Origin: Escherichia phage MN03
Sequence record: NC_070990.1
DNA: 64,000 nt
Strand: one strand, 5' to 3'
Each line of letters begins with the position of its first letter. Positions within the stretch are counted from its first letter, which is position 1. The notes beneath the pieces were generated by a model. That model had not been told where the DNA came from and did no database searches. It saw nothing but the letters and a program-made list of their open reading frames with translations. Below, piece by piece: positions 41,920 through 51,208 of the stretch. The position numbers and the translations under genes are program-made.

Positions 41920-42666
41920 TTAGAATGGGCTATCGTTGTCGTCTTCGTAAGTAGAAGCAGGCTCTTTATCAATCGTAGGGATTGAAGGAGTAGCTTCTTT
42001 CTGCTCTGTTTCAGAAGCACGAGTAATTTCACGACCAGCCAGAGGCATATTCTTAGCGTCATTAGCTTGAGTAAGCAGGTTGCGCTGGAACGGGAACATC
42101 AGTTGATAGGATGCTACGTTCTCATCGGTTTCAGCATACGGTTCGAAGAATACCAGAGGACTACGAGCTTCACCAACTGCTGCACGATATTTGGTTGGGA
42201 TTGGAGAAATGGTCTTGATGGAGTTTTTAACTTCACCAGCTTTGTTAGTGTAAGAGTTAACCAGAATGTTAACAGGCTGACCTAACAGAACATCTTTGAA
42301 CCAAGACAGATCACCTTTCAGTGCTTGAATACTTGGGTCAATCATCTTGCAAAGATCAAGAATACCAGAGTTCTTAGCTCGTGGGTTTACATCATAACTC
42401 TTGAACTGGCAAGCTGGACGTGGTTCTAATGCCTTACCATCGGAATCTTTACCAGTAGCATCAACACCAATCAGCTCGAAAGCTAAATCCATACGGAAAG
42501 CCGGATTCTTAGGAGTTACTGCTTTGGTCTTCGGGTCAATCCAAGGGTCACGATTGTGAACACCCAAACCTACTACACGAACGATACGTGCTTCGTATTC
42601 ACCATCAGGGATTACATCGTAGTTGGATTTACGGGAAGAAGTTGCGATAGTTGGAATCATAGACAT
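41920..42666 (-). CDS. ssb: Single-stranded DNA-binding protein (248 aa)
   Basis: Acidic C-terminal tail ending EDDNDSPF, resembling the SSB C-terminal D-D-D-I-P-F tip; next to replication genes; phage promoter motif upstream. Confidence 0.55.
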   Translation of the reverse strand: MSMIPTIATSSRKSNYDVIPDGEYEARIVRVVGLGVHNRDPWIDPKTKAVTPKNPAFRMDLAFELIGVDATGKDSDGKALEPRPACQFKSYDVNPRAKNSGILDLCKMIDPSIQALKGDLSWFKDVLLGQPVNILVNSYTNKAGEVKNSIKTISPIPTKYRAAVGEARSPLVFFEPYAETDENVASYQLMFPFQRNLLTQANDAKNMPLAGREITRASETEQKEATPSIPTIDKEPASTYEDDNDSPF

Positions 42667-42725
42667 AGTGTAATTTCCTTATTTAATTTGAAAGATTGTT
42701 GCTCTCTTTGAGCGGTTATGTATAG

Positions 42726-42734
42726 TATACATTA
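42726..42734 (-). promoter_or_regulatory. Phage-type promoter element TAATGTATA (minus strand), ~60 nt upstream of the SSB start
   Basis: Plus-strand tatacatta at 42726-42734. Confidence 0.45.
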
Positions 42735-42797
42735 CGCTTATACCGATAAGAGTACTATATAATATAAGAACCTTTGGTAGTAGATATAACACACTAG

Positions 42798-42806
42798 TAA
42801 TGTATA
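42798..42806 (+). promoter_or_regulatory. Phage-type promoter element TAATGTATA (plus strand), pointing into an ORF-free AT-rich region
   Basis: ctagTAATGTATAtattg; divergent from the SSB promoter about 60 bp away. Confidence 0.35.
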
Positions 42807-42902
42807 TATTGTATAGCTGATAAAGTTATTGCAGGCTTGTATATTGGGCAATTCACAGAATCCCTTGCAAGTACCGAAGGGCAGGAGCCACCTGCGAGAT
42901 AA

Positions 42903-42968
42903 AAATAGAGAATTAAGGAATCCTTGATTTAGGTTGTAGGGACTCCTAGGGACTTTGATTCTCTATTT
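42903..42968. repeat. 11-bp inverted repeat (aaatagagaat / attctctattt) flanking a 44-bp spacer with tagggact direct repeats
   Basis: Directly visible: 42903-42913 is the reverse complement of 42958-42968. Confidence 0.6.
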
Positions 42969-43082
42969 AAAAGAATATTAATTACTTATTACCTAAATAA
43001 TTAACTAACTTACTTAAACCAAATTCAAGAATAATAGATAAAAAGATTATTCCTAAGAAAGCTAAAAAGTAAAGGATATAAG

Positions 43083-43247
43083 TTACCATTCAAGTAAACC
43101 TTTAAAGTTAGACTGTTCTAATATCCTCTGATAACGGAGATTAGAATCAGCTTGTTTCTTTAACATCTCATTATATTGATCTCTGATAGAGTCTTTATGT
43201 ACTACAGGTTCTTTAAATAATGAGATCTTGTTCTTTTCTTCTTTCAT
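43083..43247 (-). CDS. Hypothetical small protein (~54 aa)
   Basis: ORF track ORF 43083..43331 trimmed to internal ATG with GGAAGG SD; overlaps the phosphoesterase 3' end. Confidence 0.3.
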   Translation of the reverse strand: MKEEKNKISLFKEPVVHKDSIRDQYNEMLKKQADSNLRYQRILEQSNFKGLLEW

Positions 43248-43716
43248 CAAAAACCTTCCTAATCTCTTGCAGAGAAACAGCTTTATAATCAATTTGCTCC
43301 ATTGATGTACAGAAATATCTCCAATCATCAATTACATGATTATGTGTATGAGCATAAATATTAAACTTTCCTCTCATCTCATCAGTGTGAATAGGAATAT
43401 GAGTTACCCAAAACTCTTTGTACTTATAATCACCAGAGATTCTACGGAAGACTTTCATCATATCAGGGAGAAGTTCTAACCTGTCATGGTTTCCTAAGAC
43501 TAGATGCTTCTCTCCTTTTACTTCAGCGATGATATCAAGGGCATACTTTTCAAACACCCAGTCACCAGTAAAGAAGATTTTATCTCGCTTAGTTACATGA
43601 TCAAATGCAGCTAGAATTGCTTTGTCATGTTCTTCGATGGTTTTAAATTGCTTACGAAAACTACAGATGTTGCGATGACCTAAGTGACCATCCCCTGCAA
43701 AATAAACTTCAGCCAT
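43213..43716 (-). CDS. Calcineurin-like metallophosphoesterase (167 aa)
   Basis: GDGHLGH, GDWV, GNHD and HTH motifs in canonical order. Confidence 0.8.
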   Translation of the reverse strand: MAEVYFAGDGHLGHRNICSFRKQFKTIEEHDKAILAAFDHVTKRDKIFFTGDWVFEKYALDIIAEVKGEKHLVLGNHDRLELLPDMMKVFRRISGDYKYKEFWVTHIPIHTDEMRGKFNIYAHTHNHVIDDWRYFCTSMEQIDYKAVSLQEIRKVFDERRKEQDLII

Positions 43717-43725
43717 AAAGACCTC

Positions 43726-43941
43726 TTAGATAGTGCACCCGTCGCAAGTTAAATCACCTAGAAGGGATAGAGAAAGTAATCTGGATTGCTCATCACTGTA
43801 TAGTTGATCTATCTCTTCTTTAAGTTTTGCCAACTCAATGAAATTGATAAGTTGACCATGTTCAAGACAGTCAGCTTTTAGTATGAACAAAACTTCAGCG
43901 TCTGTTGAATCTTCACTTGAGTATTTATCAATGTATTCCAT
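43726..43941 (-). CDS. Hypothetical protein (71 aa)
   Basis: ORF track. Confidence 0.4.
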   Translation of the reverse strand: MEYIDKYSSEDSTDAEVLFILKADCLEHGQLINFIELAKLKEEIDQLYSDEQSRLLSLSLLGDLTCDGCTI

Positions 43942-43943
43942 TT

Positions 43944-44165
43944 TTATGCCACATCTCCTTGTTTATTGTTAATAACATCCAGTGCTGTATAAGCTTTACC
44001 TGTTCCTAAGTATTCCAGAACAGGAGGACTCTTCTTTTCTTCAGCGACTATATAAGGTGTGATTTTTCCTTTCAGTACAGCCTGAGATGCTTTAGCACTA
44101 TCTTCAGATGTGTGAATAGTAGTAAGCCCTTTCTTCCCAATTCTATAAGTGTGAACCCAAATCAT
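43944..44165 (-). CDS. Hypothetical protein (73 aa)
   Basis: ORF track. Confidence 0.4.
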   Translation of the reverse strand: MIWVHTYRIGKKGLTTIHTSEDSAKASQAVLKGKITPYIVAEEKKSPPVLEYLGTGKAYTALDVINNKQGDVA

Positions 44166-44167
44166 TC

Positions 44168-44329
44168 TTATTCCTCATATTCCCAATTTCTTTCATAATA
44201 TCCAGAGTTATAGTTTAGGGCGCACTTCTCGGCCTCTTCTATATCGTCAGTGTTTAGGATATTTACCCATCCTCCAACTTCATCAAAACCTTCTTCTACT
44301 TCGTTAAACCATACACTATACTTTTTCAT
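44168..44329 (-). CDS. Hypothetical protein (~53 aa)
   Basis: ORF track ORF 44168..44362 trimmed to internal ATG that forms an ATGA overlap with the upstream small ORF. Confidence 0.35.
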   Translation of the reverse strand: MKKYSVWFNEVEEGFDEVGGWVNILNTDDIEEAEKCALNYNSGYYERNWEYEE

Positions 44330-44502
44330 CGAGAAGTTCTTCCCCAATCTTTTACATAGCATCGACCGTTAACCCACTTTGTCTCTGACTTAAATTCCTG
44401 AGACAATCTCACTTCACAGTCTTCTCTACTAGCATCTCCTCCAATATCAATCAGATATAAGAATAGAGCTATACCTAAAGCCCAAAGAATTATCTTCTTC
44501 AT
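44326..44502 (-). CDS. Small membrane/secreted protein (58 aa), not in ORF track
   Basis: MKKIILWALGIALFLYLIDIGG...; ATGA overlap with the upstream gene stop at 44499-44502. Confidence 0.35.
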   Translation of the reverse strand: MKKIILWALGIALFLYLIDIGGDASREDCEVRLSQEFKSETKWVNGRCYVKDWGRTSR

Positions 44503-44909
44503 CGAATCACCAAAGGCTCTTCAGAGTACACAGGAGCGGCTATTTCTACAGGAGGTGCTGCCCTAAGGTCATTAAGTCTTACGCCCTTCAGCATACCGTC
44601 TAGGTGGTCCTTTTTAGGGATTCCAACAGGGAAGTCATCAATCCAGATATCGACGAAGAAACCTAACTGTCGACACACCTCATCCTTCTGTACACCATTA
44701 CAAAAGATGACAGGGATTTGCAGGGTCTCTGCATCATAGAGGATATCCACGTTATCATAACCGTTAGGCTCTGAGAAACGGAAAGTCACGAATCTTACAT
44801 CATGTCCATACCCTTTCATCAAGCCTATCACATCTCTCCACAGTCGTCTGTCTGCTGTGTAAGTGTCATCATAATCTAAACCAATATTCATGTCAAATCC
44901 TTTAGACAA
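44499..44909 (-). CDS. Putative HAD-like hydrolase (136 aa)
   Basis: NIGLDYDDT resembles HAD motif I and WIDDFP a C-terminal Asp motif; weak. Confidence 0.35.
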   Translation of the reverse strand: MSKGFDMNIGLDYDDTYTADRRLWRDVIGLMKGYGHDVRFVTFRFSEPNGYDNVDILYDAETLQIPVIFCNGVQKDEVCRQLGFFVDIWIDDFPVGIPKKDHLDGMLKGVRLNDLRAAPPVEIAAPVYSEEPLVIR

Positions 44910-44911
44910 GA

Positions 44912-44937
44912 AAAGCCGCCCGAAGGCAGCTTCTTAT
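44912..44937 (-). terminator. Hairpin plus T-run on minus strand
   Basis: Minus-strand agctgcc-ttcg-ggcggct followed by tttcttg. Confidence 0.4.
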
Positions 44938-45113
44938 TTAACTGTTCACTTTAGCTTCAAGTGTTTCGTTTTCAATACTCAAGTCAATCACTACACCAGT
45001 AAGCTCAACGACTGCTTGGCGAAGGGCATCTTTACCCATAGAGTGTACTTGAGATAAGAAGAAAGCTTTACCTTCTTCAGTGGATAGGGTTTCTTTTAAT
45101 TCAGAAGCAGTCA
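44938..45113 (-). CDS. Small hypothetical protein (58 aa), not in ORF track
   Basis: ATG at 45113 with AAGGAA SD; MTASELKETLSTEEGKAFFLSQ... Confidence 0.35.
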
Positions 45114-45123
45114 TTGATATTCC

Positions 45124-45291
45124 TTATGTTATGTTATAAATTCGCATGATTGTACCACCATTGGCTTCAATAGCAGCAACCATTTGGTTTCGTTCTTCAT
45201 CCGTGTAAACTAACACACTTCTAAACTCACCTGTTGCATCAGTATAAAGGATGTTATATTTCGGAGGTGGCTTACGGTAAATACCTTCCAT
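45124..45291 (-). CDS. Small hypothetical protein (~55 aa)
   Basis: ORF track ORF trimmed to ATG preceded by GAGGAG. Confidence 0.35.
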   Translation of the reverse strand: MEGIYRKPPPKYNILYTDATGEFRSVLVYTDEERNQMVAAIEANGGTIMRIYNIT

Positions 45292-45474
45292 CACTCTTTC
45301 TCCTCTCGCTCTTTCCACAGTTCGGCTAGCTCTAGATAGAACTCAGCCTCATCAGGACGACCTTGTTCATTACAGATGGCGCTCTGACGATAACACCAAT
45401 CCGATGGCATCTCTTCCACTTCAATCTCCTTGTTATGAACCAATCAATAAGAATAGTTCATTCGTCTTATTTAT

Positions 45475-45669
45475 TCACTCTACCAATGCAGGTACTTCTA
45501 TCCGTTTAACTGTGAATGTCTTGTTTGGAAACTTTCGAACTAGCTCTGCTGCTTTGGTTATTGCTAAGTTCTCTGTCTCAAAGATACACAGTTGACCATT
45601 TAATGCTACGAGAGTGGAGCCACCGCTGAAGACGGCCCAAGATTCATAATAACCACGAACACTCATCAC
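45475..45669 (-). CDS. Hypothetical protein (64 aa)
   Basis: ORF track; 4-nt overlap with upstream gene. Confidence 0.4.
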   Translation of the reverse strand: MMSVRGYYESWAVFSGGSTLVALNGQLCIFETENLAITKAAELVRKFPNKTFTVKRIEVPALVE

Positions 45670-46034
45670 TCAACCTCAATATTATATAGAGTTTTCAGTG
45701 TATCTTTAATCCAAGTAATTCGTTTTTGGTTCTTGTGGTGTGATCTGTTATCTCTATCTCTGAAATATTGGTCACAGCCAAAAGGGTATGTATGGTCCGA
45801 GAATTTATCTTGGTTAAACATATTCTTCATGTCATCCACGTCTAGATGTTTTGTGAAATAATAATACTTCTTATAACAGCGGAAGTTGAAGCATAGTCCG
45901 TGATCTTCATTAAACCAAGGAGGACACTCTTCTGTTTGAGTTATATGATAATACTGGAGGAGGAAATCTTCCATCCCTCTCTCCTTGAATAAACACCTAA
46001 GTGTTCTATAGATTATATTAGTTTCTTTCATCAC
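45666..46034 (-). CDS. Hypothetical Cys-rich protein (122 aa)
   Basis: ORF track. Confidence 0.45.
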   Translation of the reverse strand: MMKETNIIYRTLRCLFKERGMEDFLLQYYHITQTEECPPWFNEDHGLCFNFRCYKKYYYFTKHLDVDDMKNMFNQDKFSDHTYPFGCDQYFRDRDNRSHHKNQKRITWIKDTLKTLYNIEVE

Positions 46035-46039
46035 TCACC

Positions 46040-47884
46040 TTAGTGTGTGTGCATCCAGTTAAGTCCAATCTGACAATCAGAAGCCAGAGGGCATTCCATG
46101 TTCAAATACTCACCAGCCTTCTTAACACAAAGCTCGGTGTGCTCTTTGAGTTTCTGTACATCATTACGGTTCACTGAGAATTGACCTTCATCGTGCATAT
46201 CAATTACCTTAGCACAACGAACCTTATCTTTCTCAATCCACTTGTTAAGGAACATCATAGCATATTTCATAACAACAGCACCAGCACATTGCAGGAGTGT
46301 GTTAAGGGCTTTATGAACCATAACCTTACCAGTGGCATCCCGTCTCATTGTAATCTTACGACCATCAACTCCAATCAAGTATCCTTGAGCAGCTTTCTCT
46401 GTCATACGATCAATGAGGATTGCAATACATGGGTTCTCTGCTAAGAAACGTGCTCGCATCACTGAACCTTCGTCAGCCCCACCACCTACAATTGAACCAA
46501 GCTTAGCGTCACCAGCACCATAGTTGAATGCGTAGATAAACGTCTTAGCGTTGTCACGAGTAGGAAGACCAGCAAGTTTCTGGTTGTGGGAGTGGATATC
46601 ACCTTCAAGGAGAATATCACGATACATAATAGCAGAAGCTAAACCACGTTCTGCCAGAGCTTTCTTAGCTGGATTGTTCTCTTCGATTGCCTCAGCAAGC
46701 ATATCCCTACACTCTTTAATGAGGTAGTGAGCGAGCATACGAAGTTCAAGCCCAGAACCATCATACCCTAAGAATACTTCTTTACCAGCGGGTATGTAAT
46801 ATTTGTAAGCACCTACAGGTTTGTCTTTCTTCCCCGGTTTACCTTTCTCATAAATTACGTTAGTACCTTTTCGTATATAACAACCATCAGGAACAACGTT
46901 AGTAATAACGAAAGGACGAGAATGATCACTGTCTGAGTTATAGTCAGACTCAAACAAACTGCGACACTCGTGACCAAACAAACCACGGGAGGGAATATTA
47001 ACCACGATACGATGTTTGAATCGAAAAGTCGGCGTAGCGCAGCTGTTAGCTTCTGCCGAAAGTTTACCATCTTCTCGCTCCTTTGCTATGAGTCCACTGA
47101 TAAGACCTAGCCTGTGAGCCGCCACAACGCGTCTCTTAAGCAAACTTCCGACACTCCCTAGCTCACCCCCTAACCCTTCTTCAAGAGTCTCCTCGAGGTT
47201 TGTAGGAGCTGTAGGCCACTTGTTTGATGTGGCTAGTGCTTTCTTAATCTCATCAAACGTTACAGGATTACGGCGATTAGGGTTTAATCCCAAACCAAAC
47301 ACGTAAGCCTTCATGTAATTCTTAGTCTTAAACCTGAAATGCTTTTCTAAGAACTTCTTAATATCAGCGTCAACCATCTCAGCTGTCTGCTTCTGCTTAG
47401 CATTGCCTCGCATCCAAGCAGTATACCATGCTTGGTATGTTCCATACTTTCTCATATCTTTCTTAATTTCGAAAGTATTCCAAGGCTTCTTAGATACGTT
47501 AAACTCTGGAGGAAGAAAGCCCTCATCCATAAGAGCTTCTTTAACTCGTGCATCTTTCGATGGGTCAAAGTCTACGTATTCGACACAGGTGAATGCTCCA
47601 CCAATATCTTCTCTCTTCAGCCCAACCCTATCACAATAGGCTTGAGGCCACTTCTGTAAAGCTCCAGACTTCTTAAATGGCTTCATGTAAGTAGAGCCAT
47701 CTAATCTCATCTTAGGTAAGAGAGGAATCAACTCTCTGTCAATATTAACAATAATCTCTTTAAGGAGGTGAACATACCACCGAGCATTTCTTCGGTTGAA
47801 ACTCACTCCGTGCTTTGCTTGCTTAGAGATTATATCAGCGACAGTCATCTCTGTCAAAAATGGAAGAGCGTCCGGGTTGCTCAC
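46040..47884 (-). CDS. DNA polymerase, family A, polymerase domain; no exonuclease motifs in its N-terminal region (614 aa, GTG start)
   Basis: Motif A GYDGSGLELRMLAHY, motif B RDNAKTFIYAFNYGAG, motif C VIDMHDEG; AAGGAG SD before GTG. Confidence 0.8.
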   Translation of the reverse strand: MSNPDALPFLTEMTVADIISKQAKHGVSFNRRNARWYVHLLKEIIVNIDRELIPLLPKMRLDGSTYMKPFKKSGALQKWPQAYCDRVGLKREDIGGAFTCVEYVDFDPSKDARVKEALMDEGFLPPEFNVSKKPWNTFEIKKDMRKYGTYQAWYTAWMRGNAKQKQTAEMVDADIKKFLEKHFRFKTKNYMKAYVFGLGLNPNRRNPVTFDEIKKALATSNKWPTAPTNLEETLEEGLGGELGSVGSLLKRRVVAAHRLGLISGLIAKEREDGKLSAEANSCATPTFRFKHRIVVNIPSRGLFGHECRSLFESDYNSDSDHSRPFVITNVVPDGCYIRKGTNVIYEKGKPGKKDKPVGAYKYYIPAGKEVFLGYDGSGLELRMLAHYLIKECRDMLAEAIEENNPAKKALAERGLASAIMYRDILLEGDIHSHNQKLAGLPTRDNAKTFIYAFNYGAGDAKLGSIVGGGADEGSVMRARFLAENPCIAILIDRMTEKAAQGYLIGVDGRKITMRRDATGKVMVHKALNTLLQCAGAVVMKYAMMFLNKWIEKDKVRCAKVIDMHDEGQFSVNRNDVQKLKEHTELCVKKAGEYLNMECPLASDCQIGLNWMHTH

Positions 47885-47900
47885 TTTATACTCCTTTAAA

Positions 47901-48323
47901 TTATTGGTAAAGTAAATCTGTAAATGCTTGGTTATCTTCTACTACATTCAACATGGTAGCTTCATCACTATAAGCCCTAACCGTCCCGTTGACAACTGTC
48001 CAAGGAGGAGGTGGAGGTGGTGCATGGTTAGCCCTAGCTTCACGAGGTTGCTCTCGTACTAAATGAGCCACAACCCTCTGATTAGCAACTTCTTCTCTTT
48101 CTCTGATAGCTCTCTGAATGTAGGCCAGCTTCATGCCCCAAGCTTCTTCAAACTCTTGAGGGTGTTTATCACTGATAACCACATACTGACGTTCAGGAAT
48201 ACCAGAGCGAATTTCTGATAATAATTCATGGAACAAATCCAGTTCATGTTCAGTGAGATTCATTTCGATATCATCCCACTTGAGAACTAAGAAACGGTTT
48301 GGATATCTAGCTGGTAATGGCAT
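47901..48323 (-). CDS. Hypothetical protein with poly-Pro tract (140 aa)
   Basis: ORF track. Confidence 0.45.
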   Translation of the reverse strand: MPLPARYPNRFLVLKWDDIEMNLTEHELDLFHELLSEIRSGIPERQYVVISDKHPQEFEEAWGMKLAYIQRAIREREEVANQRVVAHLVREQPREARANHAPPPPPPWTVVNGTVRAYSDEATMLNVVEDNQAFTDLLYQ

Positions 48324-48325
48324 CC

Positions 48326-48483
48326 TACTCCACCTCTACTTCAATGTAAGTTCTCTCGCCAACATCGTCTTTTAAGACCCATGACTTGGCATCTTCTTCC
48401 GACTTAAAAGCTTTCACAACGCTGTATCCGCCTTCCCATTCATCGCCGAACCAGCGCTGTCCTACGTAAATGTATTCTTTCAT
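48326..48483 (-). CDS. Small hypothetical protein (52 aa), not in ORF track
   Basis: ATG at 48483 with AGAGG SD; MKEYIYVGQRWFGDEWEGGY... Confidence 0.3.
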
Positions 48484-48486
48484 CAC

Positions 48487-48771
48487 TCAACCTCTTGGGA
48501 ATGGCATCAAAAATTCCATAGCAGATTTAATCTCATTATTGATTCGTGAATCACGATAAGAGATAAACTTACCTTTGCTATCACGTAACATCACATGGGT
48601 TCTGGCTGTTTTGTGAGGGAGCAATGTGATACTAGTTGGAATAGCATCAATCCCTACAGCGTATTTGTCAATAGTCTTACTTTCAGCCAACAGATAAGAC
48701 CAAGTACGCGGTTTCTGCTCCGGGCGGTTAGGGTATGTGTCCCGAATTTGAACCATAGCTAACTTATTCAT
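48487..48771 (-). CDS. Hypothetical protein (94 aa), paralogue of 48773..49027
   Basis: Shared C-terminal pattern TART.V.LR...GKFISY...PFP.G. Confidence 0.45.
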   Translation of the reverse strand: MNKLAMVQIRDTYPNRPEQKPRTWSYLLAESKTIDKYAVGIDAIPTSITLLPHKTARTHVMLRDSKGKFISYRDSRINNEIKSAMEFLMPFPRG

Positions 48772-48772
48772 A

Positions 48773-49027
48773 TTAAACTCCTTTAGGGAATGGGATGAGA
48801 TTTTCTACTGCAACACGGAAAGATTTTTCTACGTTCTTATTCTTATAAGAGATAAATTTTCCATCAGCTCCTCGAAGGAGTACGTTAGTGCGAGCTGTAT
48901 TTGGGTTTTGTTGAATCATAGAACGAATGATGTTCTCTGAACCTCTATGCTTATTGGTGAATTTCCAACTGATAGTTTTACCGGTACGAGTTACATCAAT
49001 GATGTTTACGATTTTTACAATAGACAT
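48773..49027 (-). CDS. Hypothetical protein (84 aa), paralogue of 48487..48771
   Basis: See paralogue; tandem arrangement. Confidence 0.45.
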   Translation of the reverse strand: MSIVKIVNIIDVTRTGKTISWKFTNKHRGSENIIRSMIQQNPNTARTNVLLRGADGKFISYKNKNVEKSFRVAVENLIPFPKGV

Positions 49028-49096
49028 ATTTATTACCTAAGAAGTTTAATTTGGTTTATATAAAAGAAAAGGCCACCTGATTAGGCAGCCTTTGTT

Positions 49097-49390
49097 CTAG
49101 AGACGAAGCCAAGTTTGATAGTCAGCTTCAGTGTAATGGTTGTTTCTAGAGTTATTTTTCATTTCCTTGAGAGTAGCTCTCAGGTCAATGTTATGCTCTC
49201 TCCTTGTTCTATTCGGGTCTGTATCTTCTAATAGATGGGAGTGATCACTACAAGAGTAGTGCTTATAGTGGTCCCTGTATCCTCTACTTGGAGAATACTT
49301 GGTCATTAAAGTTGCAACTCTTTTTACACCCTCTGCTTTACAGAATTTACAATAAGTGTGAATTGTACATCTTTTTGTTTCTGCTGACAC
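49097..49390 (-). CDS. Hypothetical Cys/His-rich protein (97 aa)
   Basis: ORF track. Confidence 0.4.
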   Translation of the reverse strand: MSAETKRCTIHTYCKFCKAEGVKRVATLMTKYSPSRGYRDHYKHYSCSDHSHLLEDTDPNRTRREHNIDLRATLKEMKNNSRNNHYTEADYQTWLRL

Positions 49391-49400
49391 TATAACCTCT

Positions 49401-49715
49401 TTATGAGCTTAAAGCTCCTTTGCGTGCTCCAGCTGCTTTTCCAGCTCGATCACCACTTTTGCCGCCGTTTGAACGGTTTGAGCTGACTGATTCAACACGT
49501 AAGTTGCTTGACGCATTAGAGCCTCCAGACTTGACAGCTCGTTTGTGTCCAACGTCTTTACCTCTGACAGCAGCTTTTCCATCGCGCTTTTCAACGATGC
49601 GACGTGCACGGTGGCGCTGAGCATCTCCGCTCTTGCTCCCAACGCCTGTTTCACCACGGGCAATTGCGGTACGTCTTTCTTGTGCATAATCTCTCTTTCC
49701 TACATGATCTGCCAT
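49401..49715 (-). CDS. Basic Gly/Arg/Lys-rich small protein (104 aa)
   Basis: AAGGAG SD 6 nt before ATG 49715; A/T-rich third codon positions; promoter motif upstream. Confidence 0.4.
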   Translation of the reverse strand: MADHVGKRDYAQERRTAIARGETGVGSKSGDAQRHRARRIVEKRDGKAAVRGKDVGHKRAVKSGGSNASSNLRVESVSSNRSNGGKSGDRAGKAAGARKGALSS

Positions 49716-49751
49716 TTAGAACTCCTTAATATATCAGTGTACACTAAGGAG

Positions 49752-49760
49752 TATACATTA
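49752..49760 (-). promoter_or_regulatory. Phage-type promoter element TAATGTATA (minus strand), 37 nt upstream of the 49715 start
   Basis: Plus-strand tatacatta at 49752-49760. Confidence 0.45.
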
Positions 49761-49771
49761 TAAGTTACTGT

Positions 49772-50509
49772 TTAAGCTTTCTTTTCCATTGCTTTAACAA
49801 TCGCCTTACAGAAACCAGAACGAACAATATCATCTGATTCACCATCTACAATCTCAGCAAACTCATACAGATCGTGTTCATCAATAAAGTTAGTAGCCCA
49901 AGTTAGACCACTCTCGCGACCACGCATATCATGCTGGTTTGTATCACCCATACAGAACAATTGAGAGGTTTCTCCCAATCGAGTCATGATGGAGAAGGCT
50001 TCATCCTTAGTTGTGTTCTGGAACTCATCAACAATAACAATAGCATCATTGAAAGAACGACCACGGAGATATTCCAGAGGTACAAACTCAATGTTACCAT
50101 TTCCGATTTGGCATTCATAGAATCCCTTACCATATCGCTGAGTAATAACATCAATGATAGGCATCAGGTATGGTTCAAACTTCTCACGCATTCCTCCCGG
50201 AAGTAACCCAAGAGAGTTGCCCATGCCAACCGAAGGGCGACTCAGAATGATCTTCTGAATCTTACCGCTCTTCAGTGCATCAATAACTGTGGAAGTGATT
50301 ACAAAGGTCTTACCACAGCCCGCAGGAGCGTCTGTGAACACAACTTGTTTAGTCTTAATAGCATTGAGTAGCTCAGACTGAAACTGGTTCTGAGGGACTA
50401 CAGGCTTTGCTAAAACCACCTCTTCATACTCTCGCTTACCCTTACGAGTAACAAGTGCTTCTCGACGAAGGTCTTTCCGTGATTCTTTCCGTGATTGACG
50501 ACGACTCAT
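49772..50509 (-). CDS. phoH: PhoH-like ATPase (245 aa)
   Basis: DAPAGCGKTF Walker A, ILSRP and GLLPGGMREKFEPYLMPIID match the PhoH family. Confidence 0.8.
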   Translation of the reverse strand: MSRRQSRKESRKDLRREALVTRKGKREYEEVVLAKPVVPQNQFQSELLNAIKTKQVVFTDAPAGCGKTFVITSTVIDALKSGKIQKIILSRPSVGMGNSLGLLPGGMREKFEPYLMPIIDVITQRYGKGFYECQIGNGNIEFVPLEYLRGRSFNDAIVIVDEFQNTTKDEAFSIMTRLGETSQLFCMGDTNQHDMRGRESGLTWATNFIDEHDLYEFAEIVDGESDDIVRSGFCKAIVKAMEKKA

Positions 50510-50703
50510 TTACGCTCTCCAATTTCTTCGTAATGACATTCAGTAGTTAAGCAGTCTTTACAGATTGCTGTATAAACCCTGACGTTAGTAAATCGTTTGT
50601 TCTTCCCTTTGGTTGGAGAGCCTTTGGCAAGCTCTCTGATAACCTTGTTACTTAAGTGAAGGTTTGTTCCTTCACATTTAGAGCACTTCACCACAATGTC
50701 CAT
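50506..50703 (-). CDS. Small zinc-ribbon protein (65 aa)
   Basis: CSKCEG ... CKDC Cys pairs. Confidence 0.45.
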   Translation of the reverse strand: MDIVVKCSKCEGTNLHLSNKVIRELAKGSPTKGKNKRFTNVRVYTAICKDCLTTECHYEEIGERK

Positions 50704-50888
50704 TCAGTAAGAGACCACAGAGAGTCACCTATGTGGGCATTGTCATTCCTGATGAGGTCTTTGATTTTATCAACATCAGTTAAGTGAGTCACATTCAAAA
50801 TGTCCTCAACATCCGGGGCATATTTAAATATGGCAACAATACTGTTGTGATCTTCAGCGTATCTTTCTAGAACATAAACTACGCTCAT
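50688..50888 (-). CDS. Hypothetical protein (66 aa)
   Basis: ORF track. Confidence 0.4.
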   Translation of the reverse strand: MSVVYVLERYAEDHNSIVAIFKYAPDVEDILNVTHLTDVDKIKDLIRNDNAHIGDSLWSLTEWTLW

Positions 50889-51208
50889 GCGACGTTAACC
50901 TCTTTATGAAGTCTGTAAACAGCTGTCGCCATACAAGCAACAGCTTCGTTATGTGGGAGATGCATACCTGTAGAACCATCCCAATCTTTAAACTCGTTGT
51001 CAAAGACTCCAGTAGGTTCTGGATACAGAGCTTGCAGCTCCACTAGATCATTAGCAACTTGTTGCCATTTATCATCAGACCAGATAGGGTCATCCAACCA
51101 GTAATACAAATAGGAATGGATGATCAATTGCCTTCTATGCCGATTGATTACTTCAGCGGGACTTATTTCACTTCCATTTGAAGTCCTAAATGTATTACTG
51201 TCAATCAT
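50885..51208 (-). CDS. Hypothetical protein (107 aa)
   Basis: ORF track. Confidence 0.45.
   Translation of the reverse strand: MIDSNTFRTSNGSEISPAEVINRHRRQLIIHSYLYYWLDDPIWSDDKWQQVANDLVELQALYPEPTGVFDNEFKDWDGSTGMHLPHNEAVACMATAVYRLHKEVNVA

Noticed and set aside
49409-49687. 92-aa helical-looking ORF overlapping 49401..49715 in another frame
   Set aside because: No SD, and strongly G-biased third codon positions unlike other genes here; the overlapping frame has AAGGAG and A/T-rich wobble positions. Kept as a low-probability alternative.
50885-51208. Resemblance of Y-L-Y-Y-W-L-D-D-P-I-W-S-D to the N-terminal Ia domain of NAD-dependent DNA ligase
   Set aside because: Match limited to one short segment in a 107-aa protein with no ligase catalytic motifs.
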